Shown in pieces: positions 24,357 to 37,120 of a DNA stretch of 64,000 bases. The notes beneath the pieces are model-generated. The model saw nothing but the letters and a program-made list of their open reading frames with translations, was not told the DNA's origin and searched no databases. Every line of letters starts with the position of its first letter. Position 1 is the stretch's first letter. This stretch comes from Bilabrum cf. latius (lineage: Eukaryota), in contig OZ237771.1 in the NCBI GenBank assembly GCA_965178125.1, forward strand, positions 372,001 through 436,000, read 5' to 3'. The position numbers and the translations under genes were made by a program.

Positions 24357-27300
24357 TCAAGTCTCATCGGCGCTCCTAAGATCGTCTTCCGCCCCATGCA
24401 CCAGCCCAGGCGTTTCTCCACCACCCGTCGGCGTCTCTACGCCACCGGAGCCGGTGGAAAGCTGGGACATATCCATAGACGGCCGAGTGCTCCTCGCCAT
24501 CAGCCCGCCGCCCTCGTCCTTGTCCTTGTCGCCACCACCATGCTGATCCTGATCCTGATCCTCTTCGCCTCGGGAGCTGCCAACTCCACCCATCCCGTCC
24601 CCTGCCATTTCATACCCCTCTGGAGGACCCCTTCTCCTGCCGTCCTCTCCACCATGCCGCCCACCTGCAGGCCCAAGGTCCTCCATCCCAAGCTCGTGCT
24701 CCAGCGTCCTCCGATGGTCCGTATCCTGAAGAGCCACGAACCGCATGTTGCCCGCCTGCCACAAGATCCACTCGCTGATCCTGCGCCTTTGAAGCCACGC
24801 GTAGTACCCCAGCCCAGCCAGAGCCGCCAAAGGCACCGCAACCGCGATCAGCACGATCCACCACGCCGCCCCATTCCTCCCGGGAGAGCCGTCGCCGCCA
24901 CCGCTCGCCGATTGCCGCACAACCGGCTCGAAGGTGGGGTCGATGTAAGGAGCATACGCCTTGCCATCTGCGTAGAGGGCACCACTCGTGGCCGCGACAA
25001 GCTCCACTAGCCTCCTCGCCAGCTCGGGGGCAGGCCTATCCAAGCCGTCGTAAGCATCAGCGAGGGCCTGCCTATCCAGGCTGGAGTGTTCTTGTCCAAA
25101 GAGACTGGAGCCATCGGGGACAGGCGCTCCTGCCATCGATCTTCCCTCTCGCAAGGCACACCGGGTTAGCAGCCGCCGACCGTGCTCGTGCACTGTTCGG
25201 CCAGAGACAGGGACAGGCCCAGGCCTAGTCCCAACATTCGCCAGAGCTAGTCGCCTCCTACTCCTCCTCGTACTCGTGCTACTGCTACTGCCGTCTGCTT
25301 GTCCCGCAGCATCGGCTGCAGCCGATCGCCCCACGGGGAGCAGTACCACTGTGACGAGTGCGGATGTCCCCCCCTGTGCCGGAGCCACCGCATCCACGGC
25401 CACACGATCGCCCTGCTCGTCACCCAGACCCAGCACGTCCTACTATACCAGATCTGCACGCAACCCTCGCGCGAACATCTGCCCCGACTCGGTGGACGGG
25501 TCGATCGCCTGGGGCAGCAGGCACATCCTCACAGTTACCTGCACCGAATCTCTGGCCACGCCGCTGTCCTGGGACCCGGCGATCAGCACCGTCAGGTTGG
25601 CAGAACCACCCGCCCCCTGGCCCCCGTCGAACCCGATCCCTGTTCCCTGGGGAACAAGAACCATGTCCAAAGATTCAACCCCCTCGGCCCTGCCGTCGTC
25701 CAGCAGCTCTAGTTCAACGATGCGCACGCCGGACTCGCCCGCTGGCCAACGGAGCAACACGTCACCCGACACCCCTCCCCCTTGCCCCTACGTCTCCTCA
25801 TCCTCATCGTCTTGCGCGCTGTCTGCCCCCGCCCCCCTGCAGAGAAAATCGCTCCCCTGCTGTGCCGTAAGTCCCACACACTTGATCGCCACCTCAATTG
25901 CCCCAAGGTTCTCCTTCAGTCGATTCAGAGTCACGTTCACTGGCACTGTTCCCTGGTCCTCCGACACCCTCAGCACGCTGCCCCCACCCCAGGACACGGT
26001 TGCGTCGAGCTCGGAAGGCGGCCGGCTGCAGTAATCCCCAGACCAGCCCCCCTGGCACTGGCACCGCGGCAGTGCCCCGGAACCTGAGGTTCCGCTGGGA
26101 GGCGCCGCGCAACTCCCGTGCCCGTGGCAGTCGTAGGGGCAGTGCAGCACGGAGCACGAGTCACCCGTCCAGCCCTCGAAGCACTGGCACTGCGGAACCG
26201 CGTCCGGCGCCGCGCCCTGGCCCCTGGTGCACAGCCCGTTCCCGTTGCAAGGAACGTTCCTCGAGTCCAAGGGACAGGTCGTGTTGCAGCTGGCCCCGCC
26301 CCAGCCAGCCATACAGGAGCATGCCCCGGTGGACGAGTCACACCCGCCGTGGTTGCTGCATGGCTCGAGTGCTCCCCCGGGGCATTCTCGCTGGCACGCC
26401 TGCCCCCAGTAGCCCCTTTGGCACCTGCAGATGGCGGTGCTGTCGTCCGAGGTGGGCAATGGCTGCTTACCAGTGACATGTTCCTGGCCTGGGCTGGCCC
26501 GCACACCGGCATTGCTCTGCCTCTCATGGTGGTCCTGGCGCTGTACCACACCTCCAGCATGATCGTGCGCTGCATGCTGCCAACTGGTGCTATACAGTGC
26601 CTAATCTGGAGCGGTGCAGGATCCGTGTGACGAGCATTCCGCGGAACAGCCACCTTCTCCGCATCCGCTGGACCCGGGGCACGGCAGCTCGCACGATGGC
26701 CCAGCGTACCCCGTCGTGCACAGGCACGCCGCGCCTTGCGAGTCCTAGTCGTACACGCAGCGGCCGCGGTCTGGCCCGCCGCACGGACTCCCTGCCTGTT
26801 GACCCGATCCTTGATCCGATCCTTGATCCGATCCCTCGCCGCTTGAGGTCGGGCAGCTCGCCTGGCAGGCCTCCCCCACCCAGCCCTCGTCACACACACA
26901 CCTCCCCTCCGAGGCGCACCTCCCGTGCCCGGAGCAAGGAACAAGGGCGTCCTCCACCAGTGGATTGGACACGAACGAGGGGCCCCCCCTCGGGCACGGC
27001 TGGTCGCAAGCCGGACCGTAGTACCCTTCCCTTGCGTCACACGCACACCCGATGTCCTCGCAGCTGCCCCTACCGCTGCACACCAGGGAACAGCCTGGCG
27101 AGCCCGGGGATCCGCCGCTGGGGTCGCATTCCCATGTGCCCGGGCAAAGTTGCGTGCAGTTTGGGGCGATATATCCCGGGGCACAGTGCTCCTCGGCCGG
27201 TTGGTCGCAAGCGGCCCCCTCCCATCCCGGAAGGCACGTGCACCGTCCCGACGACTGGTCGCACACCCCCTGATCCGATCCTCCGCATGGTTGACCACCC

Positions 27301-28157
27301 TCTGACGTGGGGCACTGGCTGCAACCGCCACTGCCCCCGGCACCACCCCCGGGACACGTGCACGCAGGCAGACCCCCTGCCAGGCTGCATTCGCCCACGG
27401 TCAACGGACACGTGCGCTCGTCACACCGGAAGAACGAAACGAGGGAGAAAGACCCTTCTGGCGTCCACGAAGAGTTCCCGTCCACATCGGGCCCGCCCCC
27501 GACCAGAGACAACGACACGGTGGCATTGACCACCAGGCTCCCGTTAGATCCGGATCTTTGGGCGGCGAAGGCCGCAGGCACGGGGCAGTCGATCGCCCCG
27601 GAGCCGACGAAGGTTCCTTGCAGTTCCACGGGGCTCATCGTGCCGAGAGGAACGTTCGTAAGGTCGCCGTCGATACCGCGCCTCGCCGCTGCAGCTGCTA
27701 GCGGGGTCCATCGGCAGGTGATGCGGCCCGTGTCCTGGAAGCGCTGGCCGAACAGTGTGACGAGTGTGCGGTCTGCCCACCGGGGCTGGAACATGCTCAC
27801 CTGGGCGGGTCTCACACTCGTCACCTCGTAGGTCCCCTTGTCGGTGCACTTGAGCTCCGGGCAGCTGTCGCACTCCTGCTCGCAGTCGCACGGGTGGCCC
27901 TGGTCCTGGTGGCAACACGTGCACGCGGGCGCGCACCAACAGTCGTCACACGTACCGCCAGAGTTAGCAGGGCACGAAAATGCAAAGTAGACTGCGCATT
28001 CCCGATCGTAGCACGTCTTGCACGCCGTCTGGCGGCAGTTGCAGGGGGTCGGGACTGCGAGATCGGAGTGACGCAGTATAGATGCAGAAAGTAACACCAC
28101 GCTCTAAGTATGACTTATGATAAAGCAACAGAAATACCACACTTGGATGCTGGCCAT
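24357..28157 (-). CDS. Single-pass membrane protein: Cys-rich N-terminus, IPT/TIG-like domain, multiple EGF-like repeats, Calx-beta domain, TM helix
   Basis: Repeated CSGHGxC...CxCxxGWxGxxC units. VTSVRP...VTLFGQRF (IPT-like). VSEDQGTVPVNV...TAQQGSDF...LLDDGRAEGVES (Calx-beta). TM WWIVLIAVAVPLAALAGLGYYAW. One frame joined by TAGs, including tandem TAG-TAG at 25440-25445. Ends TGA. Confidence 0.85.
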
Positions 28158-28455
28158 TGATGTATTATTAAGGAGGGCCAGTGCCAAGAATAGATGGGTA
28201 CGTCAACTGCAAGTTTCCCGGAATGCACCACAAGAAATCTTACCTTCTTCCTCTTTATAGCAATGGGTTGGCTACCCAATCGCTACACAAATACAACATA
28301 ACACCAAAACAACAAATTTTGTTCTCATGAATACCATGAAAACTGACAGAGTGTGATCGAAACCGAATCCGAGTTTCAAACGATTAGTACCGTGATATTT
28401 CAAAATGCATTGCACTTCTTTCTTGTCGATCAGGAATCACGTAGGGGCGCTCGAA

Positions 28456-31400
28456 ATGTCAGGCCGTCGGGCTGGCTCCAAACGTGGTCGTTCGCAAATG
28501 TCTACTTCTATCGGACCGGATACAATCACTGGCCTGAGCATCGATGGGTCCAGCGAAAAGGGCCTGGGAATCGCAGATCCAGCTTCCGGTTCACAAATGA
28601 CAATGGAACATCTCACAAAGCCGATTAAGAACGTAGCTGACAAGTGGACGTTGTTGCCGGCATTTCTGAAGGTGCGTGCGGAGCTGACTGATCGAACGGA
28701 CGTGTGCACCTTAATTTTGATGCTCGTATGCTTCAGCCCAGTTGCATCGCTGCAGGCATCATTTGACCCCGTTGATAGACTAAAGTGTTGCTTCCTAGTT
28801 CCATTTACCGATTGAACTCCGCAGGTTCGTGGCTTGGTGCAGCAGCACATCGCGTCCTACGATCATTTCGTGTCTGTCGAGATGGGCAAGATTATCGAAG
28901 CCAACAGGGAGCTGCAGAGCGAGGTGGACCCGAGCTACAGGCTGCAATTCCTTGGGGTAAAAGTTGGCAAGCCGGTGGCGGTGGAACGATCTGGGGGCCT
29001 GTCCGACAAGGTCACCCCGCACGAGTGCAGGCTAAGAGACATCACCTACGCGGCGCCCATCCTGGTAGACATGCGGTACCCAAGGGGCAACGTAGACGTC
29101 AACAAGCGCAACATCGTGATAGGATACCTCCCCGTTATGCTCAGGTCCAAGGTGTGCAGGCTCAGGGGGCTATCCCCCGCCGAGCTGGTCGATTCGTAGG
29201 AATGTCCCCACGACCCTGGGGGGTACTTTATCGTCAAGGGGGTGGAGAAGGTCATCCTGTCGCAGGAACAGCTCAGTAAGAACAGGGTCATCGTGGAGGA
29301 GGACTCCAAAGGGGCACTGGGAGCGAGTGTGACGTCAGCCACGCACGAGCGGAAATCCAGGACGGCGCTCGTGTACAAGAACGGGAGGTTCTACCTCAAG
29401 CACAACACCGTGGGTGACGACGTGCCGGTGGCGGTGGTCTTCCGCGCCCTCGGTGTGACGAGTGACCTGGACATCGTGACGATGGTGGGCTGCGAGCCGG
29501 AGCTTCAGGACGCGATGGCGCAGTCTCTCGAAGAGGCTGTGGAGCTGGGCGTGTTCACAGAGGCGGCCGCGCTGCACCTGATCGGGGGCCGGATCAAGGC
29601 GAAGCGGGCCGCGTCTGCGACCACCCTGCAGCGAGCAAGTGCCTACTCCCGCGAGGAAGAGGCGAGGAACGTTCTCCGGACGGTGGTTCTCTCCCACATC
29701 CCCCCCAGCGGCAGGTCCCTGCGAGCCAAAGCCATCTACCTCGCCTACATGATAAGGAGGGTTCTGCTCGTGCAGCAGGGCAAGGCCAAGCTGGACGACA
29801 AGGACTACTACGGGAACAAGCGGCTCGAGCTGGCGGGGCAGCTTCTTTCCCTCCTGTTCGAGGACCTGTTCAAGCGCTTCACCAGCGAGCTCAGAAGGCA
29901 GGTGGACGTCTATCTGAGCCGGAAGCGGGCGCAGTTCTTCGATCCCGCCAGGCTCATACGGCAGGATTTAATCACCATGGGCATGCAGCAGGCGATCTCC
30001 ACGGGAAACTGGACGCTGAAGCGGTTCAGGATGGACAGGGCGGGCGTGTCCCAGCAGCTGACCCGGCTGAGCTACATCTCCGCACTGGGCATGATGACCC
30101 GGGTGACGTCACAGTTCGAGAAGACACGGAAGGTGTCGGGCCCCCGCGCCCTGCAGCCCTCTCAGTGGGGCATGCTTTGTCCCTCAGACACGCCCGAGGG
30201 GGAAGCCTGCGGCCTCGTGAAGAACCTAGCGCTGCTGACACACGTCACCACGGATGAGCCCCCTTCCCCGGTGAGGCGGTTGGCCATGGACCTGGGCACA
30301 GAGGACATCGAGACGCTCACGGGAGAGGAATATAACTCCGGGTCGTACCTGGTGCTGCTCAACGGATCTATCGTGGGGGTGCACCGGCGGCCAGACTGGT
30401 TCGCGCAGTGCTTCCGGCACCTTCGGCGGCTGGGGCTCGTGGGCGAGTTTGTGTCCGTGTACGTGGACGACGTGCAGAAGGCAGTGCACCTGGCTTCGGA
30501 TGGAGGCAGGGTGTGCAGGCCGCTGGTGCTGGTGGATCCCGCCACCCGCCGGCCCCGTGTGACCGACAAGCTGATCGCAGACCTCAAGGCGGGCACGAGG
30601 GATTTCCACTCCATGCTGGCAGAGGGCTGCATCGAGTACGTGGACGTGAACGAGGAGAACAACTGCCTGGTGGCGCTGACTGAGGATGGCATCACGGGCG
30701 ACACCACCCACATGGAGATTCACCCCGTGACCATCCTCGGGGCCGTGTCCGGTCTCATCCCGTACCCTCACCACAATCAGTCCCCCCGCAATACATACCA
30801 GTGCGCCATGGGCAAGCAGGCCATGGGCATCATATCATACAATCAGTTGCAGAGGATCGACACGGTGCTGTACATGCTGCTGCATCCCATGAAGCCCATG
30901 CTCAGGACACGGATCCTGGATCTACTGAGGTTTGACGAGATCCCAGCCGGCCAGAACGCCATCGTGGCGGTGATGAGCTACTCAGGGTACGACATTGAAG
31001 ATGCAGTCATCCTCAACAGGAGCAGTCTAGACAGGGGATTCGGGCGCTGCTTCGTCATGAAGAAATACGTGACCCACCTGAGGACGTACGACAACCAGAC
31101 ATGCGACATGATTGCCGCCAAGCCAGACCTGGATGCCATCAGCGAGGTCTTTGCCCAGCAGAAACAGCGGTACACCGCGCTGGACCCCGATGGCATCGCG
31201 GGAGTCGGCGCGACGGTCGCATCGGGCCAGATCCTGGTCAACAAGAAATCGCCCAAGGACACCACCACCGCGCTGGCTGACCCGAGCCACCCGCCCAGCG
31301 GGTACAGAGACACTCCCCTGGTGTACAAGGCCCCCATGAAGGGCAGGGTGGACAGAGTTCTCGTGACCAGCTCGCACGCGAACCGCATGATGGTCAAAGT

Positions 31401-32157
31401 GGGCGTGCACCAGTTCAGGAGGCCAGAGCTTGGCGACAAGTTCTCCTCCAGGCACGGGCAGAAGGGCGTGTGCGGGCTCATCGTGCAGCAGGCCGACATG
31501 CCCTTCAACGACACCGGGGTGTGCCCCGATCTGATCATGAACCCCCACGGGTTTCCCTCCCGCATGACTGTGGGCAAGATGATCGAGCTGCTCGGGTCCA
31601 AGGCCGGCGTGCTGGACGGGTACAGGCGGTACGGGACCGCGTTCGACGGTGACAGTCCAGAGTCAATCGCGGAGGCGCTGGTGAGGCAGGGCTTCCACTA
31701 CGCCGGAAAAGAGGCGCTGTACTCGGGTATCACGGGGGAGCCCCTGCGGAGTTACGTGTTCTTTGGGCCGGTGTATTACCAGAAGCTGAAGCACATGGTA
31801 ATGGACAAGATGCACGCCAGGCCGAGGGGCCCGAGGGCGAGCCTAACCAGGCAGCCAACGGAGGGCAGGTCCAGGGACGGTGGCCTCCGTCTGGGTGAGA
31901 TGGAGCGAGATTGCCTGATAGGATACGGTGCATCGATGCTGCTGCAGGAACGACTCATGATCAGCTCCGACGAGTACGAGGCGGAGGTGTGCACGGGCAG
32001 CAAGTGCGGTGGGCTGCTCGTCTGGGGCGGCTGGTGCCAGCTCTGCCAGTCGGGCAGGCACGTCAAGCGTGTCCGCATGCCGTACGCCTGCAAGCTGCTG
32101 CTGCAAGAACTGCAGGCCATGAATGTAGTGCCCAGGCTGCAGCTTGCCGATGTGTGA
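28456..32157 (+). CDS. POLR3B: RNA polymerase III second-largest subunit (RPC2)
   Basis: [57 protein letters not shown] and [18 protein letters not shown]. Intron 28672-28824. One in-frame TAG at 29197. Ends TGA. Confidence 0.96.
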
Positions 32158-32344
32158 GTGACATTGTGTATTTAGACATTTTTCCAATCTGTAGCCACAA
32201 ATTCGGATCTTCAGAATTCTAAACGAACCCCAAAGAAGTATATGATAACGTGAAGCAATGGTTTGGTTGTGCAAATCATCAGGATTGCCAAGTTGCTTGA
32301 ATTTCAATGCAACAAGCTGAGCCCATTTCAGTGACCTCCAGCTC

Positions 32345-35070
32345 TCACCTCACCCTCCGGATGACCCTGCCCTCACTCATCACTTCCACCTCCGCGCGCA
32401 GCCGCATCACCCGCAAAGCCCTCTCCACCTCTACTGCTGCGAACCCGCCCCTCATCAGCTGGTCCTTCACCCGCCTCGCCGATGCGGTCTGCCCCATGGG
32501 AAGCAGGGCCTGGATCCTCGTCTCGGCCTTCTGCACCTGCTGCCTCTCCTCCGATGACAGCTGCTCCGCCCCCACGCCGGACTTGGCCGCATCCAGGGTA
32601 GACACCTCGAACAGCCGTACCGCCTCCCGCACGTGCTCGGGGCCCGCCTCCGTCGCCAGCTGCACCTTGGCCACAGATTCCGACAGGCGGATCAGAGCCT
32701 CCAGCTGACGCACCGTGATGGGAATCACGCTGTCCTTCTAGGAGGCGGCCCTGCCCTCCTCCTCGGCCTTCTTCGTCTTGAGCTGGTGCCTGATCCTGAC
32801 GTACTTGTCCCGGAGGGCCTGCGCCCCTTCAGCCGTTAGCCGTGGCGCGCACCTCGACCGAGCGTACGAGATGTACCGCTTCATGAACGCAAGATCCACC
32901 TCGGCACCCACCCCCGCGCGCTTGGTCCCCGACGCCTCGTCTGCCTTGGCAAGGGCAGGCACCTCGCCAGAGATGCCCCCCATGACACCTGCGACCGCTG
33001 CATCGCCAGAGGTCACAGCCTCTGCCCCCGCCGACACGTGCACGCCCATGACGTGCCTTGCAATGTCCATGTCGCGCGCCTCATCCCGCACGTCTCGCAC
33101 GATGAAGATGAGGTCGAACCGCGACAGGATACTGGGCAGGAAATCGATGTTCTCCGCTGCAGAACGTTCGTCGTCGTACCTCCCGTACACCGGGTTGGCC
33201 GCAGCGAGGACCGCCGACCTGCTGTTGAGCACCGTGGTGATCCCTGCCTTCGCCACCGAGATGGTCTGCTGCTCCATGGCCTCGTGGATGGCCACCCTGT
33301 CCTCCTCTCTCATCTTGTCGAACTCATCGATGCATACCACACCGCCGTCCGCCATGACCATGGCCCCGCCCTCGAGGTAGAATTCGCCCCGCTGGTCGCG
33401 CACCACCGAGGCCGTCAAACCGGCTGCACTCGACCCCTTCCCGCTCGTGTACACGCCGACGGGAGCCACCTTCTCCACGAACTTGAGGAACTGGGACTTG
33501 GCCGTTGAGGGATCTCCCAGCAGCAGCACGTTGATGTCTCCACGGAGCCTCATCCCGTCAGGCAGCATCTTCCTGGACCCAGCAACCAGCAAGGACAAGA
33601 TCGCCCGCTTGATGTCCTTTGTGTAGTCGCCGTAGATCGATGGCGCCACGCTCTCGGCCAGCCGGTCGTACACGCCTGGCTGCTGGGAGAATGCCCTGTA
33701 GTCGTTCTCCTCCTCTGGGGTGAACCGCTGGGACGCCCGCCCCGCCGCGTCGTCCTCCGCCTCAAGGCCGATCACACGGATGTAGGGCGTGCGCACTGCA
33801 CCTGCCGCGCTGCCCCTGCCCCTTTGTGCCCTGGGGCGGGTCACCGACGCCACTCCGATGACCGACACTCTCGTCCCCGGCGACACCCGGTCCACGAGCC
33901 GCCTCTCGCATGAGATGAGCACGTGCCTGGGCATCTCACCCGTGGGCACCTCCTCCGGCGCCTCCTGCAGCTTGATGGTCTGCTGGTCCACGTAGGCACT
34001 GCGGTCCCCCATCACGATGTAGGGATCCAGGGGGCATTTCTGAGAGGTCGCAACGCCGTCCCCCATCTCCTCGGATGGTCGCAGTGCCATGCACTGCCTC
34101 GGCATGGTGAAGGTCCCAAAGCCAGGCGCCACGGGAAGCACCTTGAGGTCGCCGCAGTTGGTGCACCTGATGCATACCTCCTGCGCCTTGGGGGTTGATC
34201 GGCTGGCGTTCACGACGATCCCGGGGACCCGGATGAGGGTGTTGACGTGATGGGCGGACATCTCCCGAATGGGCACAGCCCGGAGCGTCCTACCTCCGAT
34301 GATGGTCTGCACGGCCGGTGTCTCGGCCACCTTGGCGGGGTCCGTGTGGTCCTCTCCCCTCTGCTGAGTGAGCAGGTCGCGGGCGGCGTGCTCCAGCTGC
34401 GGTGTGGTGTCAATATTCAGTAAAGAGCTTTGCGTGTGTAGGGCATGGGAGACACGTAAACTTGATTCGGCTCAGGCAGCGGGGGAGGGACACGGGGAGG
34501 AGGACTCTCAGGGGTACGCGGCAGTAGCGCACCGCGGCACAACTTGCGCACCCGCAGTGATTAATAAAGCCACAATACATATGCCGTAGGTAGTACGCTG
34601 CCATTCGGATTTCAGCTCAAGCACGCCTAGATGCGAATCGATAGATTGCACGAACGACGAACCTGGATAAGCGGGCTACTCACAATTGGCAGGTAAATAT
34701 CAGGGTGCTGGGTGATTAAATCATGCAATTCGCTGCTATATCCACGTAGCTGTTCCAGTTCTAGAGCAAGCACGGGTGATCCCTCTCGGTATGTTGAGAG
34801 CAAGGCATCACTGCGGTGTCGGGAGACTATACAGAGGATCACTTTGCAAACGCCAGCTTAGGCACTGCCAAGTAACGAGTAAGTACACAACAACTATTTC
34901 ATACGGCCTCACCGAAGCACAAAGTTGCCACGCTCCTGGTACTGAGACAGGAACTTCCTGAACTCTTCAAAAGCAACTCGTTGTGACGTGCCAGATCCCG
35001 CATCCCTTGCACCCTATATAACCAGTCCTTGTGACGATGTTGTGATTGATCCTGTATCCCAATCACTCAT
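32345..35070 (-). CDS. MCM5: DNA replication licensing factor MCM5
   Basis: KCPLDPY, LRGDINVLLLGDPSTAKSQFLK, IDEFDKM, SRFD and IPITVRQLEA. Introns 34811-34912 and 34397-34683. TAG at 35014 and 32738. Ends TGA. Confidence 0.95.
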
Positions 35071-35396
35071 GATTGCGTTGCTGCACACGGAGAGCAGTTG
35101 TACGAGCGGGAGGCTGGAACTGTGTACATGGTTCGATCGAGCCCGAAAGAGCTTGGCATGTGCCAATGGAATTACAGTTCCGGACATAGGATTATAGTTG
35201 ATATATTTGCAACACCATTGAGACAACTTACGAATAATCGGATGAGGTCTGGCAGGGATCTTGGCTAAGACTACCTGTGGCTCGCTCGGCGATTGTGGAT
35301 TTGGGGAACGTTCGCACGAGTTCGTTTTCCGTGGTTAGGGCCTAAGCGTAATGGAACACACATACGCAACTCGTTTGTCACATAAACGCATGATTG

Positions 35397-36587
35397 TTAA
35401 GTACGAGTTGCTGCAACCAGTTCCTGCCTGTACCTAACGACTTCCTCGTCGTCCATGGCCCAGATCTGCCCCTTTTCCTCCTCCCGGGCTCGCACCAGCG
35501 AGACCGCCTGGTCCTCTGTCAGGCCGAGCAATTGCCGCCCAATCGTTTTGCTCGCTTCCATAGGGTCAATGGGAAGGCCGTCTGGCGCTATCCGCTCGCC
35601 ATCCTCCTCCTCTGCTGCTGCACTGCTACTGCTACTGCTTGACGTGCCTCGTTTGGACCCAACGGCACCGCCTGCCCCCCCCACAGACCCCCCCACAGAC
35701 CCCCCCACAGACCCCCCCACAGACCCCCCCACAGACCCCCAGTCCAGCCTCCCAAGGGGATCCGAGGGAAGCAGCGCAGCGCGGGCCAGAAGCTCGCAAG
35801 CGCCCGCCATCTCTTCACTCGTCACACCGAACGCGGCCGGCCAGAACGTCTCGCGCGGCGTCGGAGCCCCGATGCAGGCGGCGGCGAGCTCCAGTGATGC
35901 GCAGGCGACGGCCGAGTGCCTGTACCTCAACGAGGACCCAAGTCGGTGGCTGTCCTGGGCCAGCGTCCATGCGAGGGCGAGCGCTCCGGCCGGCAGGTCG
36001 AGCAGGTGCGCCATGAAGACGAGCAGGGAATGCGGCGTTGCGCCCTGCTGCGGGAAATCAAATCCGCAAGACGCGATCGTGTCACGTTCGCAGCGCAATA
36101 CTGCTAGAGAGCGGCGCTAGTAGGACTGGCAGTGCCTCGTGAGGGGAGCATCCTTTGCTTGTCGTCGTGATGCATCGGACATGTGCTGTGCTTGCACCAC
36201 TGAGGCCATGTCGACGGGACATTCCAGGAGCTTGGACGCAAGAAATATTGCTGATGCGGCAATTGAACTTGAGAGTGGCACCGTGATGTGTCTGCCTTTC
36301 GCGAGGAAGCTCGCTGCCAAACAGGAAGCTGTCTCAACAACCGCAGCAGACCTGCGCTCAGAATGGAATGGAATCCTTGTCATATGCCTCGGTGTTGGTT
36401 TCAAGATTCAGTCCTTGTACAATTTGATTCATACGCACGCTCACTGTCCGAGCAATGCTGCAATATCCAGAATATGATCTGCGGTCGTGCACAACGCAAC
36501 AGTGTCGAGGTGCTGCAACGAATGCAAACTTGCTCTGCCATGCAGCCCATCCGGGATGTGCGATACCAGTTTTTGGGCAGCCACCAT
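35397..36587 (-). CDS. Transcription-type cyclin (cyclin L/K/T-like)
   Basis: Cyclin-box motifs AASAIFLASKLLECP, LRCERDTIASCGFDF and YRHSAVACASLELAA. Intron 36352-36444. TAG at 36117. Terminates at TAA 35397-35399. Confidence 0.75.
35674..35740. repeat. 12-bp tandem repeat (CCCCCCACAGAC, about 5 copies) encoding GGSV repeats
   Basis: Seen directly, inside the cyclin-like CDS. Confidence 0.9.
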
Positions 36588-36670
36588 ACGAGAATTTATT
36601 GTGCGTTAACTATATCTAGTCTCTTGAAAGCTGTGAAACAGTGTGACGACTGTATTGCTTGCTAGCAATA

Positions 36671-36751
36671 AGTAGGCTGGAACCGTAGAGTTGATCTCAA
36701 AGTGCTTGATACTTTTGAATCGGCTGTTAAGCTTGCTGTGCGGTACCTACT
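36671..36751 (+). ncRNA. Putative structured RNA, copy 1 (family unknown)
   Basis: Long imperfect hairpin: AGUAGG/CCUACU, ACCGUA/UGCGGU, AGUUGAU/AUCGGCU, UCAAAGU/ACUUUUGA. Shares motifs with 37038-37120. Confidence 0.4.
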
Positions 36752-37037
36752 CAATGAAGTAAAAATAATGAATACAAATATCACAATTGAAATTGAACAG
36801 GAGTATTTTCAGGTCGCACCAAGCCGGCGCTACAAATAGTAAAGTAAGCTAAAACCAGTGGACTAGTTTTGTGATTGACTAAAGTGTCACGGCGGGTGTG
36901 GTCCACTGGCAGAAATCATCAAGTGAAGGTGCGCCATCCTAAACCACTGAAGAGGATGCCAGCGGTCGCATTGCCAATACCAGCACCAAAAAAAAAAAAA
37001 AAAAAAAAGCCTAGGTTTACTACATAAAAAATGAATA

Positions 37038-37120
37038 AGGGGCTGGAACCGGAGTTGTTTCAGGGTGAACTGACTTCAAGTAAGAAGGTGCCTTATCGGC
37101 TAGCTGTGCGGTTCCTGACA
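37038..37120 (+). ncRNA. Putative structured RNA, copy 2 (family unknown)
   Basis: Shares GGCTGGAACCG, GAGTTG, ATCGGCT and GCTGTGCGGTWCCT with copy 1. The closing stem differs in sequence but still pairs. Confidence 0.4.

Noticed and set aside
29197-29199. In-frame TAGs as 3' splice sites of tiny introns
   Set aside because: Flanking protein motifs are continuous with no extra residues, and suitable GT donors are lacking.
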